A stretch of 64,000 nt of DNA, from NCBI GenBank assembly GCA_951406725.2, contig OX597826.1:22320001-22384000 (forward strand), given 5' to 3'. Shown one piece after another: positions 12,953-24,770 of the stretch (position 1 is its first letter; each line of letters starts with the position of its first letter). The position numbers and the translations under genes were made by a program. The notes under the pieces were generated by a model. That model did no database searches, was not told where the DNA came from, and saw only the letters and a program-made list of their open reading frames with translations. Source of the stretch: Octopus vulgaris (Eukaryota).

Positions 12953-13355
12953 CTAGCAGTATCACCCGGCGTTGCTCGGGTTTGTAAGGGAAATAACTAT
13001 ATAAGCATTTTTAGAGATGTAAAGTATAATAGCCATCTCAATATGGCTAACCACAAAGGGGGGGTGTGTTACTGTAGCTTTTTACGTTCTGAGATTTGAT
13101 AATAAATTTTTAGAGAGTTACTTCCCTTATATATGCCAAAAATGCATTAAGAATGGTAAAAATTGATGGTAAATTTTTTTTAAAATCGTAGACTCATCGT
13201 AGACGCGTGCTAATACCCAGAAGGGCTCGATATGAATCACGACTATAAGATACGACTATAAGTTTTGGTTAAACTGCACCGCAAAATGTGGGAGTAGTTA
13301 GGAATCTAAATCGTAGGAGACAGACAGCACACAACCTCTCTTTTATATATAAAGA
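12953..13355 (-). mobile_element. Non-autonomous Helitron, same family as 10987-11348
   Basis: A|TC 5' end at 13355. On the minus strand the hairpin ACCCGAGCAACGCCGGGT is followed by GATACTG CTAG|T at 12953. Confidence 0.8.
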
Positions 13356-13359
13356 TATA

Positions 13360-13752
13360 TATCATCATCATCATCATCATTTAATGTCTGTTTTCCATAC
13401 TGGCATGGGTTGGACGGTTTGACTGGAGCTGACCAGATGAAGGGCTGATCAGGCTCTGTCTGTTTTGGGATGGTTCCTATGGCTGGATGCCCTTCCTAAC
13501 ACCAACCACCCCTCAGAGTGGCACTGAGTGCTTTTACGCAGCACTGGCACACGTGTTTTTTATGTGGCACCAGCACTTACAAGCCTGCAAGATTAGGAAT
13601 GTTCAGCTGGAGAGGGTTGCAAGGGATGAGCCTGTATGCAAGGGCCACCACGCTTTGACTTAGCTTGATGCCAGGAGTCTTGGTCCCCAGTCATTACCTC
13701 TGTGAATCCCAACATTTGTAGATCCTTTCTCACCACTTTGTCCTACGTCTTC
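13360..13752 (-). mobile_element. RTE LINE/SINE 3' end with (GAT)n tail. Similar pieces: 44940-45140, 46150-46305, 48225-48555, 50515-50800, 51190-51660
   Basis: (cat)n followed by ttttccatactggcatgggttggacggtttgac...ggatgcccttcctaac, the tail shared by the RTE copies in this window. Confidence 0.75.
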
Positions 13753-14054
13753 TTATATATGTATATATATACATATATATGTGTACGTATATGTCAGGTT
13801 GCTCTTGAGTGCTACTGGTAACATAATCCAGTTCAACCTATTGCATGGTTTGCTTGTCAGCGACTACACTGGCAACCCCACCAGGCTTACTTGATGAGGA
13901 GGGTGCTGTTGGACACACTGCAGGATGAAAAATAAGACCCATCAAAGGGCAGATGAACTCCTGAACAGTCAACAGCCATCCAACAAAATGTCTGTAAATC
14001 TGTATATATGTTTTTTCTTTTTTGTTGTTGTATGTGTTTATATGTATATTTTTA

Positions 14055-14094
<40 letters not shown>

Positions 14095-14097
<3 letters not shown>

Positions 14098-14300
14098 CGG
14101 GAAGTTTTATGAAAATAAACAAAAGACGAAGGCAGGTGGAATACAAACAAACAATTGTATTAGTATGGCGCTCAGGGATAGAAATAAAACAAGTCTTTTA
14201 CGTTTCGAGCCTACGCTCTTCAACAGAAAGATACACAGAAAAGAAACAAGGAGAGAGAAAAAAATGTGTGCAGAAGCTAGCGAATCAACATGGCGATCTA
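14095..14300 (-). mobile_element. Penelope-like terminal fragment inserted in (TA)n, with a hammerhead-like motif. Second copy at 19515-19885
   Basis: The two copies are homologous and both are flanked by (TA)n. The minus strand contains UCUUU-CUGUUGA-A-GAGCGUAGGCUC-GAAAC-GUA-AAAGA. Confidence 0.55.
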
Positions 14301-14819
14301 TCTATCTATATATATATATATATTATTTTATATCTTTTTCTTTTCTTTACTTTTCTTTATACAATATTATTTATATCTAATTCTTATTCACACATCATAC
14401 CTTTTTTATTATTTATATATATATATGTATATTTTTACTTTTATATTCATATTTATAATTATTGCATATCTTTGACTTTTTTATATTTATAATTCTTATT
14501 TACATTTGCAAATCACATATTGTACCTTTCTTTCTTTTTTCTTTTTTATTTATTTGTTTATTCTTATATTTTTAATTTTTCGATATTTGACCAGTTTATA
14601 GAGTGCTGAGTTTGGTGTCTGGAATGGGATAGCTTACCTCAGGGGCAGATAGAAGCTCTTTAACCTTGGTTGGTAATCTACCTAGGAGAAGGAAATTTCC
14701 AAAATAAAACCTGAGGCCTTGGAAGTTCTTGGCTTTGTCAATTTTCATATCAAACCAACAAAAGTCTTCTTGGGCCAAAAGGTGGGGTGCGGGGTGCGGG
14801 GCTAGTGCTGTGCAAGCTG

Positions 14820-15318
14820 CACCCACTGGAAATTATTCTCAATGATAATTTCAACAAGAGGCCAGAAAGGCATACTGCACTTACTGCATGTGAGCTCAAG
14901 AAATATTTCATTGATAAAGTTGCACTCTCTGAAACTCGTCTCTCTGGCGAGGGTCAAGTAAACAAACCTACTTATGGATATACTATCTTTTGGAGAGGCC
15001 TACCTAAGGGTCAGCGTAGAGAATCTGGTGTTGGGTTTTCTCTCAAGAATATATTAGTATCCTCCATTGCAGAGCTTCCAAGTGGTATATCTGAACGGAT
15101 AATATCATGCCGTATTAAACTGACAAAAGGTAGGTTTCTTACCATTGTCAATATTTATGCACCAACAACGTCCCATTCTGATGAAACTGTAGGACAGTTT
15201 TATGATGATCTAGCACAATTATTGGGGTAAGTACCAATTTCTGACAAGCTGGCCATATTGGGAGATTCCAATGCAAGAGTTGGAAAAGACTGTGTTTCAT
15301 GGCCTGTTTTAGGTTGAC
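14820..15318 (+). pseudogene. RTE-clade LINE apurinic endonuclease fragment
   Basis: RPERHTAL...IDKVALSETRLSGEG...GYTIFWRG...GVGF...IVNIYAPT...FYDDL...ILGDSNARVG are APE motifs of RTE/BovB-type elements. Contains internal stops. Confidence 0.88.
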
Positions 15319-16341
15319 ATAGGACAGTTTTCTTCTCCTGAAGCCCGTTTTCGCCATGTCCACCTTGATTTGGTTGGACCATGGCCTGTGAGTCGCGGGT
15401 TCTCATACATTTTAACTTGTATTGATCGCTTTTCACGCTGGTCGGAAGCTATTCCTATAGCAGACATTTCTGCTGAAACTGTTGCGAAAGCTTTCGTGTC
15501 TAACTGGATTTCTAGGTTCGGTGTACCGTCCAGTTTAACCACAGATCGTGGTCGACAAATCGAAGCGGTTTTATTTCGTGAGTTGTCACGAATCCTGGGG
15601 ATGCATCATATACGCACCACTAGTTACCATCCCGCTTCTAATGGGATGGTGGAGCGTTTCCACTGGCAACTTAAGGCCGTGTTGCGTGCCTCACCGTATC
15701 CACAGTCGTGGACTGAATTTCTTCCTATCGCCCTGCTTGGATGTCGGACTGCGATTAAAGCAGACCTTGGTTTTTCTTCTGCCGAGCTCTTGTATGGTAC
15801 CACACTGGCATTGCCTGGTACGATGTTGGTGCCAGACAAGTCACAGTCTCTTAATTTAGAGTCTTATGTTGCTCGACTACGCAGATATTTTTCTGCCCTT
15901 CCTCCTATGGGCCCCCGACACCAAAATCCTCCTTCTAATGTGCCATCAGATCTTGATTCTTGGACACATGTTTTTGTTCGTGATGATTCTGTCAAAGGAC
16001 CTCTTGTTTCTCCTTATAAAGGACCTTTTCGTCTGATTTCCCACACGCCGAAAGTATTCAAACTTGACATTAATGGTCGTTCGGAGACCGTCTCCGTAGA
16101 TCGTCTTAAAAGGGCGTATTTTGAGGTGTCAACATCTTTTGATGACACTGCTGCTACAACCATCGTTGAACCTTTACATGCACCTTTGACAACACCACCA
16201 TTTACACATGCACCTTTATCAACACCAACATCGGCAACACCACCTTCATTGTCGCAGCCCGCCTCGAAGAAACCTTATGTTACGAGGTCAGGCAGAACTG
16301 TTCACTGGCCAAAGAAACTTTCCAAGACTATTTATATTTGA
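15319..16341 (+). mobile_element. Gypsy (Ty3) LTR-retrotransposon integrase (DDE core plus GPF motif), 5'-truncated
   Basis: HVHLDLVGP...IDRFSRW...LTTDRGRQ...[16 protein letters not shown]...PYKGPF...VSVDRLK...VTRSGR. The reading frame is still open. Confidence 0.92.
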
Positions 16342-16560
16342 CATTCTCAATTGTGTTCCCAGTGACAGTAATGATACTTATTGAACTTTGTTCATTTGAG
16401 TATTTTTTTTTCCTTTTGGTGCATTCTTATTTATATTGTAAATTTTGTTTTGATTTGTCATATTGTGTGCCATACATATGTATATTTTTTTTTGGTGATT
16501 TGGTAACCACCTTATTTTCTGAAGCTACTACAAGGAATTTTGTTTCATGCTTCCGCACTC

Positions 16561-16800
16561 GAGGGGGAGCCTTTGTAGTGACGTCATTTCCCAGTGTGCG
16601 TGTACGGAACGTCATTCTTCGGTGTGTGTGTGCGGGGCTGGAACCTTCTGGAAAGGCCTAAGGAAGTTCCCTCATGCACATACACTAGAGACTGGGAAAG
16701 AAAATTCTATTGTGTTCCTTGTTAGCGTTGTTGACTTGAGACACGGTTATTGAAGAGAAAGGACGTGTTAAACGTGTGAACAGCCTATTCTCCTGTCCCA
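16561..16800 (+). mobile_element. Polypurine tract and start of the 3' LTR of the Gypsy element
   Basis: GAGGGGGAG at 16561-16569 is followed by TGTAGTGACGTCA at 16574. The LTR 3' end is not resolved. Confidence 0.7.
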
Positions 16801-17059
16801 GACACTTAGGATTTGACCTGCTCTGTTGCTGCTGAATTAATTGTGAGGTTTATCGTACAAATGTTAAAATTCAGCCTTGCTATATCGAACCAAGTGGATA
16901 CCAATATACCAACGTACTTCTTTTGTAAATAAGAAAATAAAGAGTTATATATATTTTTAAGGTTGCGTTCTTGTTCCTGACTGGTAGTTTCTGGAAACTA
17001 AAGAAAGGAAATTGGTTGCATCCAAACAGTGTAAAGAATCAACCAGTTCCATTACACAT

Positions 17060-18820
17060 GCATTCATGTATGTATATCCATTTACCATGTTGGCATGGGT
17101 TGCATGGTTTGACAGCAGCAGGCAGGCCGGGTCCCCATCCTGTTCCATAGTCTGACTTGGTTTTTATAGCTGGGGGCCCTTCCTAACAACCAACCACTTC
17201 ACTGAGTGCACTGGGTGCTTTTACAGGGCACCATCACCAGTGCTTTTTACACGGCACCTTGGATTTAGGATCCCAATTCTGTTGTGGTGGGCAGGTCTTC
17301 TCAAGTACCGCAATTAACCACATATCTTGGTCCTCTGTCATGTCCTTCGTAGGGTTCAGCATTTTGAGATTGACTTTCAATGCTTTGTTCCATGTCTTCC
17401 TGTGTCCCCCTCTTCTGCAACTTCCCTTCACTTTAAGTGATCAACACTTCTTTATGCATCTATCTACATCCATCTGCATCACATGACCATACCAGCACAG
17501 TCTCCTCTCTTGCCCACTGCATATAATTCCCCTTATGCCCAACTTTTCCCTCAATACACCAATGCTCTGTCACACATGCACACTGACATTGCACATCCAA
17601 CAGAGCATACCACCAGCTTTGTTCCTCTCCAGCCTTCACGTGCTCTCTGCATTCAGCACCCATGTCTTACTACCATGCAGCATTACAGTTGATACAATGC
17701 ATCATACAACCTTCCCTTCACTTGAAGAGAGAGAGGGACCTTTGGTTGCCAACAGAGGTAAAAGCTCTCTGAACTTACTCTATTCTATTTTTATTTTAGC
17801 AATTATACTTTCTGTACGATCTCCTCCACTGTTTATCATGTCACCTGGGCGGCAAAAGTTATCTGCAACTTCCAGAGAGCCACTGGGACATTTAAGCAAA
17901 TCAGTTTCCTGTGCATCTGTGATCTTTATGGTTCTTGTTTATCTCCCACATACAAACACTAGTTTCTCTGTTGACCTTCCTACTATTCCACTAGCATTGC
18001 TTGTGTGTCAATAACTTGCACTGGGTACAGTGACTGTAATTTCTGCCTACATATTGAGCATGGCCATCTACCAGAAGGGTCAAGGGTTAAGGGTCTGATT
18101 TCTGGCTTACAAGGATCTTGGTCTTTGCTAAGTTGACTTTAAGATCTGTTTCCACACCTGGAATTTCTTTTCTAATTCAATTACAAATTCTGCTGAGAGC
18201 AAGATCATCAGCATATATTAGTTTCCAGTCTGAAATTCCTCTGTTATGTCCTGGTGGATGATGATGAATAGGAGGGGACTGAGGACCAACCTAGGTTGAC
18301 ATATCACTGTACCCATGGTCAACTCTTTACCTTACTATCAGCACCCCTGTATATGGCCTGTACTGTCTTCACAAGCCATTCATCTATCCCAAGCTTCCTC
18401 AGAGACCACCATATCATAGAACAAGGTACACTGTTGAAGGCTTTCTCGAGATCAACAAACACCAAGTAGAATGGCTTGTTCTTTGTTCTTCTCCTGCAGT
18501 TGCCTGACTATGAAAATAACATCTGTCATGCTTCTCCCCGGGACAAAGCCAAACTACGTTTCATTCAGTTTAATTCTATTCCTAATTAATTGAACTTTAA
18601 TTCTCTCCACAAATTTCATCACCTGGTCCAGTAATTTGATGCTTCTATAATCACTTCTAAGGCATCTTCCTTGCACTCGCAGATGCTGCCACACTAGTCA
18701 CTGGAGATTACACTCTCCTGAATAACCTGATTAACTCTATGGGTGACTAGACTGTCTCCAACTCTACCAGATATCTTAGGCATGCTGGCAGTGACTCCTG
18801 ATGGACCAGGGGCCTTCCTT
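17060..18820 (-). pseudogene. Degraded RTE-clade LINE reverse transcriptase and 3' end
   Basis: The minus strand gives GFVPGRSMTD, FVDLEKAF, YADDLAL (~18196-18220) and W(Y/F)GHVMQMD...RGGHRKTW. The RTE tail follows. Confidence 0.85.
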
Positions 18821-19040
18821 TAGACTGTGGTCATGCTGGGGTACTGCCTTGAAGGGTTTTAATAGAACAAATTGCCCCCAGTATTTATTTTCAAGTTTGG
18901 TACTTGTTCTCTTGGTATTTTTTGCCAAACTGCTAAGTTAACACTGGTAAACAAACAAACCAGTTATTAAGTGGTGGTGGTGGTAGGGGGACAAACACAA
19001 AAGCACACACTCACACCCACACATACACAAATATTATAAG

Positions 19041-19089
<49 letters not shown>

Positions 19090-19254
19090 GCTGCATTTGT
19101 TGAGTAACAGTTTGGCTGCTTGTTTCTCTGATGAGAACCCAATAAGGTTTGAAAATCAATTAAGGTTGTTCATCATTTTTTCAGTTTGTGAAGAAATGGC
19201 TAAATTTTGCCCTGTCTATAATTATATCATATGTTATATACATTCCTTTATTCT

Positions 19255-19463
19255 TTTACTTCTTTCAGCCATTTGACCGAGGCCATGCTGGAGCACCACC
19301 TTTAGTCAAACAAATCAACCCTGAACTTATTCTTTGTAAGCCTATCGGTCTCTTTTTCCAAACTGCTAAGTTACGGGTACATAAACACACCAACATCAAT
19401 TGTCAAGTAAGTGGGGGTGGGAGTGGGGATGGACAAAACACAGACACGGAAATATATACATAG

Positions 19464-19519
<56 letters not shown>

Positions 19520-19883
19520 AGAATTCACAAAAAAAAACAAAAACGAAAGATGAAGACAGGTGGTGTAGACAACAAACAGATGTATTAGTTTAACGCTCGG
19601 GAATTGAAAAAGTCTTTAATGTTTCGAGCCTATGCTCTTTCACAGAAAGGAACACAGAAAGAAACAAGGAGAGAAAATAAAGAATGTGTAGTGGCTAGCG
19701 ATCTATCATGGTGAATGACAGACAGAAGGATCACACAGGAGAGCTAGGAAGAAAGGGAGATAATAAAGTAGTAGTGATCCCAAAATGAAGGTGCGCATGC
19801 ATGTGTATAAGAGAGTATGTATGTGTGTGTGGAAGAGGGCTGATGACCTTGATGTGTGCATGTGTGTATGTGTAGGTGTGTGC

Positions 19884-19928
<45 letters not shown>

Positions 19929-20255
19929 CAAGTTTTTTTGAGTTTCTGTATACCAAATCCACTCACAAGGCTTTGGTTGGTGCAAGGCTATAGTAGAAGA
20001 CATTTGCTCAAGGTGCCTTGCAGTGGGACTGAACCCAGACTATGTAGTTGGGAAGCAAGCTTCTTACCACACAGTCACACCTGTGCCTATATATGATGGG
20101 CTTCTTTCAGTTTCTCTCTGGCAAATCTACTCACAAGACTTTGGTTGACTTGGGGCTATACTGGGAAACACTTACCAAAGGTGTCATACAGTAGGACTGA
20201 ACCTGATAGCATGTGATTAGGAAGCAAACTTCTTACCATACAGCTACACCTGTAA
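19255..20255 (-). mobile_element. tRNA-derived SINE family B copies, one split by the 19515-19885 insert. Others: 18822-19010, 22430-22800, 22920-23075, 51770-51865
   Basis: Homologous to the full-length copy at 43716-44102. Confidence 0.75.
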
Positions 20256-20427
20256 ATTTAACTGATTGATGACATCTGATTGAAGTCGACATTTATGACG
20301 ATGAACATTGAAGGTGAAGAAAATAATCCACAATACAAAAAAATATCAAAACAACTATATAAAATATATAAAATGAACTTATATAGATAGTAAGAAAAAC
20401 TATTTTTAAAAGCCCTTATATATTTAC

Positions 20428-20568
20428 TCTGTTGGCAATTTGGTCCCATGTAGCTGTTTTCACATACTGTTCCGAGGCATACTCCTGTATCTGTGTCACA
20501 TGATGCAGATGACTTACAATGACATTTGGACTTACAGAACATGCCAAATTTATTCTTTGGGCATTGAC
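20428..20568 (-). CDS. Host gene exon (141 nt, phase 1-1): EGF/laminin-EGF-like module (MEGF10/receptor-PTP-type ectodomain)
   Basis: Acceptor tttttcag|GT and donor CAG A|gtaaata. Translates QCPKNKFGMFCKSKCHCKSSASCDTDTGVCLGTVCENSYMGPNCQQ, with 8 Cys in the CxxxxFGxxCxxxCxC...CxxxxGxC...CxxxYxGxxC spacing. Confidence 0.88.
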
Positions 20569-20967
20569 CTGAAAAACGGGGAAAAAAAAGAGAACAAAAT
20601 AAATTAAAATAGCATATTAAGGTTGCAAAGTTTAATTACAGCTTAATATATTTAATGAATGGATCACTAAAAATGTTTAGGTGGCAAGAAAAACAATATT
20701 AGTCAATAACTAATATTTGTTTTGAGTAGCTATTGAACACAGAAGACAACAAATCTGGATATATTCCTGCCTTATTTTGATCTCATCATTAAAATATAGA
20801 CTTCATGGTCATTATCTAAGTAGTTATGAGAGAATCAGTATATATATATTTATATATATATAAAAAAAACAAACCAAGGATTTGTTAGAGAATAAAGAAC
20901 TGTGATAAATAGGTAAAGTTAATGCAGATATATTTAATACAAAGATCATCATAAAGCCATCAGGTAA

Positions 20968-21169
20968 TATTCTGTTGTGTCTGGGGAGAGTTATTTTCTT
21001 TTTGCGCCTTATAATGTAACACACTCACTGGTAAAATTTCCACTTTTTTCTTATTTTTATTTTCCTAAAATTTTCGTTGCGTCTTGCAACCTTTTCAATA
21101 GGTTTGACTCTGTCCGTTATTTATTATAAGGCATAAAAAAAAATTATTCTCCCCAGACACAACAGAATA
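20968..21169. repeat. ~48-bp inverted repeat around a hairpin-containing Penelope-like terminal fragment
   Basis: tattctgttgtgtctggggagagttattttcttttgcgccttataat pairs with attataaggcataaaaaaaaattattctccccagacacaacagaata. The spacer contains tttcgttgcgtcttgcaacc. Confidence 0.6.
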
Positions 21170-22601
21170 TGCTTCAACACATGAACTCATATAAAGAATC
21201 TTGCAAACCAAATCCAAAAACGAAATATCAGGTAATAGTTATGTGATAATGACAGACAAGAATTATTGTTATATTATTTCAGTAAAACTGGAAGACAATC
21301 TGAATAAATAAGATCTCATTGGAGAAGCAAGTACTGCCCTGTATTTACCAAAGTTGTGATGGAAGATTCACTGGATAAATGCTTATATAATGTGTACATG
21401 TGTACACTGGTTAGTGTAAAATGGACAAGAGTGGATTAATTTGCATAAAGAAATATAGAACATGAAAATATTTATTCTTTTAAAGCAGGCATAACTGTAA
21501 GATCATGATGGTCTTGTAACTACTTGTTCAATAGTACTGCTTAGCTTTTTGGACAAGTGTGTCCTAATTATAAGGTTTGGGTTAACCAAAGCTTTAAAAC
21601 TGGAATATGATGGATAGAAACTGTGTCCAAAGCTATCGCGTGTGGATGTGCATGCAGAGCGTATGTATGTAAATTAGTGCATCAAGTTACCTCCAAAATT
21701 TTATACCAAAAGATAAATGAGTCATTGATCTGCTTGACTCACACGAGCAAAAGGATAAAAGAATGTGTTTTGTACATTATTTTAGAAAAAAAATGGTCAA
21801 TCATTTGGCTGCCAGACCACTGCCACATGGCCAGATTCTTATTGTGTGTTTTTGTTTGTGAACAGTAAGAGTAAGCAAGGTTAAAAGGCTAAAGATTAAA
21901 ATTGTAATTCTTGGAAACGGAGAATTTATAGAAGTGTTTTATTGTTCTCATTGTTAATAAAAATGGAATCTACTTCTTCACTTCAACATTAAGATAGTTT
22001 GTAGTAGGAGATGCATCATAAAGGAACAATTTCCCAGTTGTGCATGCACAATGGATTTCTTACATGTTCACAAATTAGCTTGTTGTCACTAGGTGTCAGT
22101 AATATACTGGGATTAGTTCCAATTTGCTCTTCCCTCTCCAAAATTATATTTTGAAATGAATGTATTAATGCTACAGCAATTGAAATGGTTTCATTTACCA
22201 AATGGTTGTTGTTTAGCCTCAAAATTCACCTGAATTAAACAAACACAAATGGTAGCATGGTATGCAGAATCGATTAGCTTTGTAAAAGAATAAAACTGGC
22301 AGTAATTGAGCTGTTATTGATTGATGAGTGTTATGACAAGTGGTAAGCAAATCCAATGACACAGTCTTCAGCATTACAATATAAATACAACTAATAACTG
22401 GTATGTACAGTGTAAATGAATATTTTGTCTTTTTGTTTCAGTTTCAGTCATTAGACTGTGGCCATGCTGGGGCACTGCCTTGAAGAATTTTAGTTCAATG
22501 AATCAGCCCAGCCCCAGAATGTTTTTCTTTAAAGCTGGGAACTTATTCTATCAGTCTCATACAGGGACATAAACACACCAACACCAGTTGTCAAGCAATG
22601 G

Positions 22602-22635
<34 letters not shown>

Positions 22636-23121
22636 TTATATATGATGAGCTTCTTTCAGTTTCCATTTATCATATCCACTCACAAGGCTTTGGTTGACCT
22701 AAGGGGTTTAGTAGAAGACACTTGCCCAGGGTGCCAAACAGTGGAACCAAATCCGAAACCATGTGATTGGGCAGCAAAATTCTTGCAAACACAACCCTGC
22801 AACTACTGTCAGTTCCATAACTCGTTACATTCGAAACTAATTCATCCCAAATCTCCAACATCTCATCAAATGTTCAAAATCGTTCATCACACACACACAT
22901 ATATATAATGATGGTCTGATGGGATTCTTTCAGTTTCCATCTACCATATTTACTCATAAGGCTTTTGTTGACCTGGGGCTAGTGTAGAAGACACTAGCTG
23001 AAGCTGCTGTGTTGTAGGACTGAGCCAAAGATCACATGGTTGGGAAAGAAGTTTATTACCCACACTGCCACACCCTATACATACACACACACAGTCACAC
23101 ATACATACATACATACATACA

Positions 23122-23153
<32 letters not shown>

Positions 23154-23163
23154 ATTGCCAACC

Positions 23164-23536
23164 AAGTGTGGTGTCCTACATGAGACAGTGCTACTGGTGT
23201 TAATAGCCCCAGGAAGACATCTCTTCCAGCTGATTAACAATACACATTCTGTACCTGATTAGTATTTGTGAGGGGAGGTCATTGCTCCCATCATGATACA
23301 TATGGATTACATGATACATATGGAGTCAAATTTCTGGGTGGTTACCTGTCGTCAGTGTGTGTTAATCACCATGCTGAGGACAGGTAAGCACCCAGAAATT
23401 TGAGTCCATGTGTGTCATGTAAGGCTAGGGATGGGAGAGATGGCCTCCCCTCACAAATACTAATCAGACACTGGAAGAGATGTCTTCCTGTGGCCATTAA
23501 AGCCAGTAGCACTGTCCCGTATAAGACACCACACTT
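23164..23536. repeat. Fold-back palindrome (~370 bp)
   Basis: The left arm aagtgtggtgtc...ggttacctgtcgtcag pairs with the right arm ctgaggacaggtaagc...gacaccacactt. The loop is ~20 nt. Confidence 0.9.
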
Positions 23537-23592
23537 ATATGTTACGATTCTGTATTGCTACTGTTTACATCTTGTTCAGAGGTTTTATATAG

Positions 23593-23627
<35 letters not shown>

Positions 23628-24039
23628 GGATTGAAACTGAAGCTGTTTTAATAAAAGAAACATCTTCTGCAACATATATTGAGCACTCCTTTCTCATTCA
23701 TTTGATATTAAGTAATGTATGTATATATGTGTGTATCAGAAAATGAAGCTAATGATGGAGCTGCTGGTATATGGTCCCTTAATCTGTTAGACACATCAGT
23801 CAAATCCCCTTCAAACCACCTTCAAAAAGAGGAATATATGTTGTCCCCGATATGCAAAAAGACAAAACTGATGGCCACAGCTGGAGTCTCTTTCAGTAGA
23901 AGTCTGCCCATTTAAAGCTGAGCTGATCTATAACACAACCAGGGCTTACACTAGAGACGTCTCTATACAATGAGTTGATCTGCAAAATGGTTGCCAAACC
24001 ATTTCCCAATTCTCATCTGTCATTATCATCCTTCATCGT

Positions 24040-24770
24040 CATTTGGAGTGCATTGGAGTCCGTGCTGGTATGGGTTGATGGTTTGATTAGAACTGGTAAG
24101 CTGGAGAGCCGCACCAGACTCCAGTCTGATTAGCATGGTTTCTATGGATGGATGCCCTTCCTAATGCCAACCACTTTGCAGAGTATGCTGGGTGCTTTTA
24201 CGTGACATCGCACAGGCACTTTTACGTGACACCACCGTGCCTGCTTTTCGTGTGTCACTGTCATCACTGCTTTTCACATGGACTCTGCACAGGAGGACTC
24301 TTGCAGGTCAATCCTCTCCACCAGCAGGCTTCTTGAGTACAGCTAAGTGACAGGCATCTCAGTCCTTTGTCATTTTGCCTGAAAGGTTCAGTGTCCTGAG
24401 GGTATTCTTCAGTACTTTGTGTCATGTCTTCCTGGGCCTCCCACTTCCACATGTTCCACTTTCTCTGAGAGATCTACATCTCTTTATGGAACTGTAAGCA
24501 TCCATCTGCATCACATGACCAAACCAGTGCAGTCTCCTCTCTTGCACACAGCAACTAATTCCTCTGATGCCTGACTCCTCTCTCAAAATACTATCACTCT
24601 GTTGAATATGTATACCTACATTACACATCCAGTGGAGCATACTTGTCTCATTCCTTTCTAACCTTCGCATGTCCTCTGCATTCAGGGCCCACATCTCATT
24701 AATATGTAGAATTGCTGACTGTATACATGCATCATACAATTTTCCTTTCACTCAAAGAGAGAAACCTTTC
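24040..24770 (-). pseudogene. RTE LINE RT C-terminus and 3' tail. Related relics: 39810-40290(+), 41380-42005(+), 43100-43700(+)
   Basis: KGKLYDACIQSAILH.NEMWAL...RRLERNE.SMLHWMC...QERRLHWFGHVMQMD...GRPRKT. Confidence 0.85.

Noticed and set aside
12865-16821. 15-bp exact match TAGGATTTGACCTGC at 12865 and 16807 as a possible TSD or LTR link
   Set aside because: It does not extend, and a 15-mer match is about what chance gives in 64 kb.
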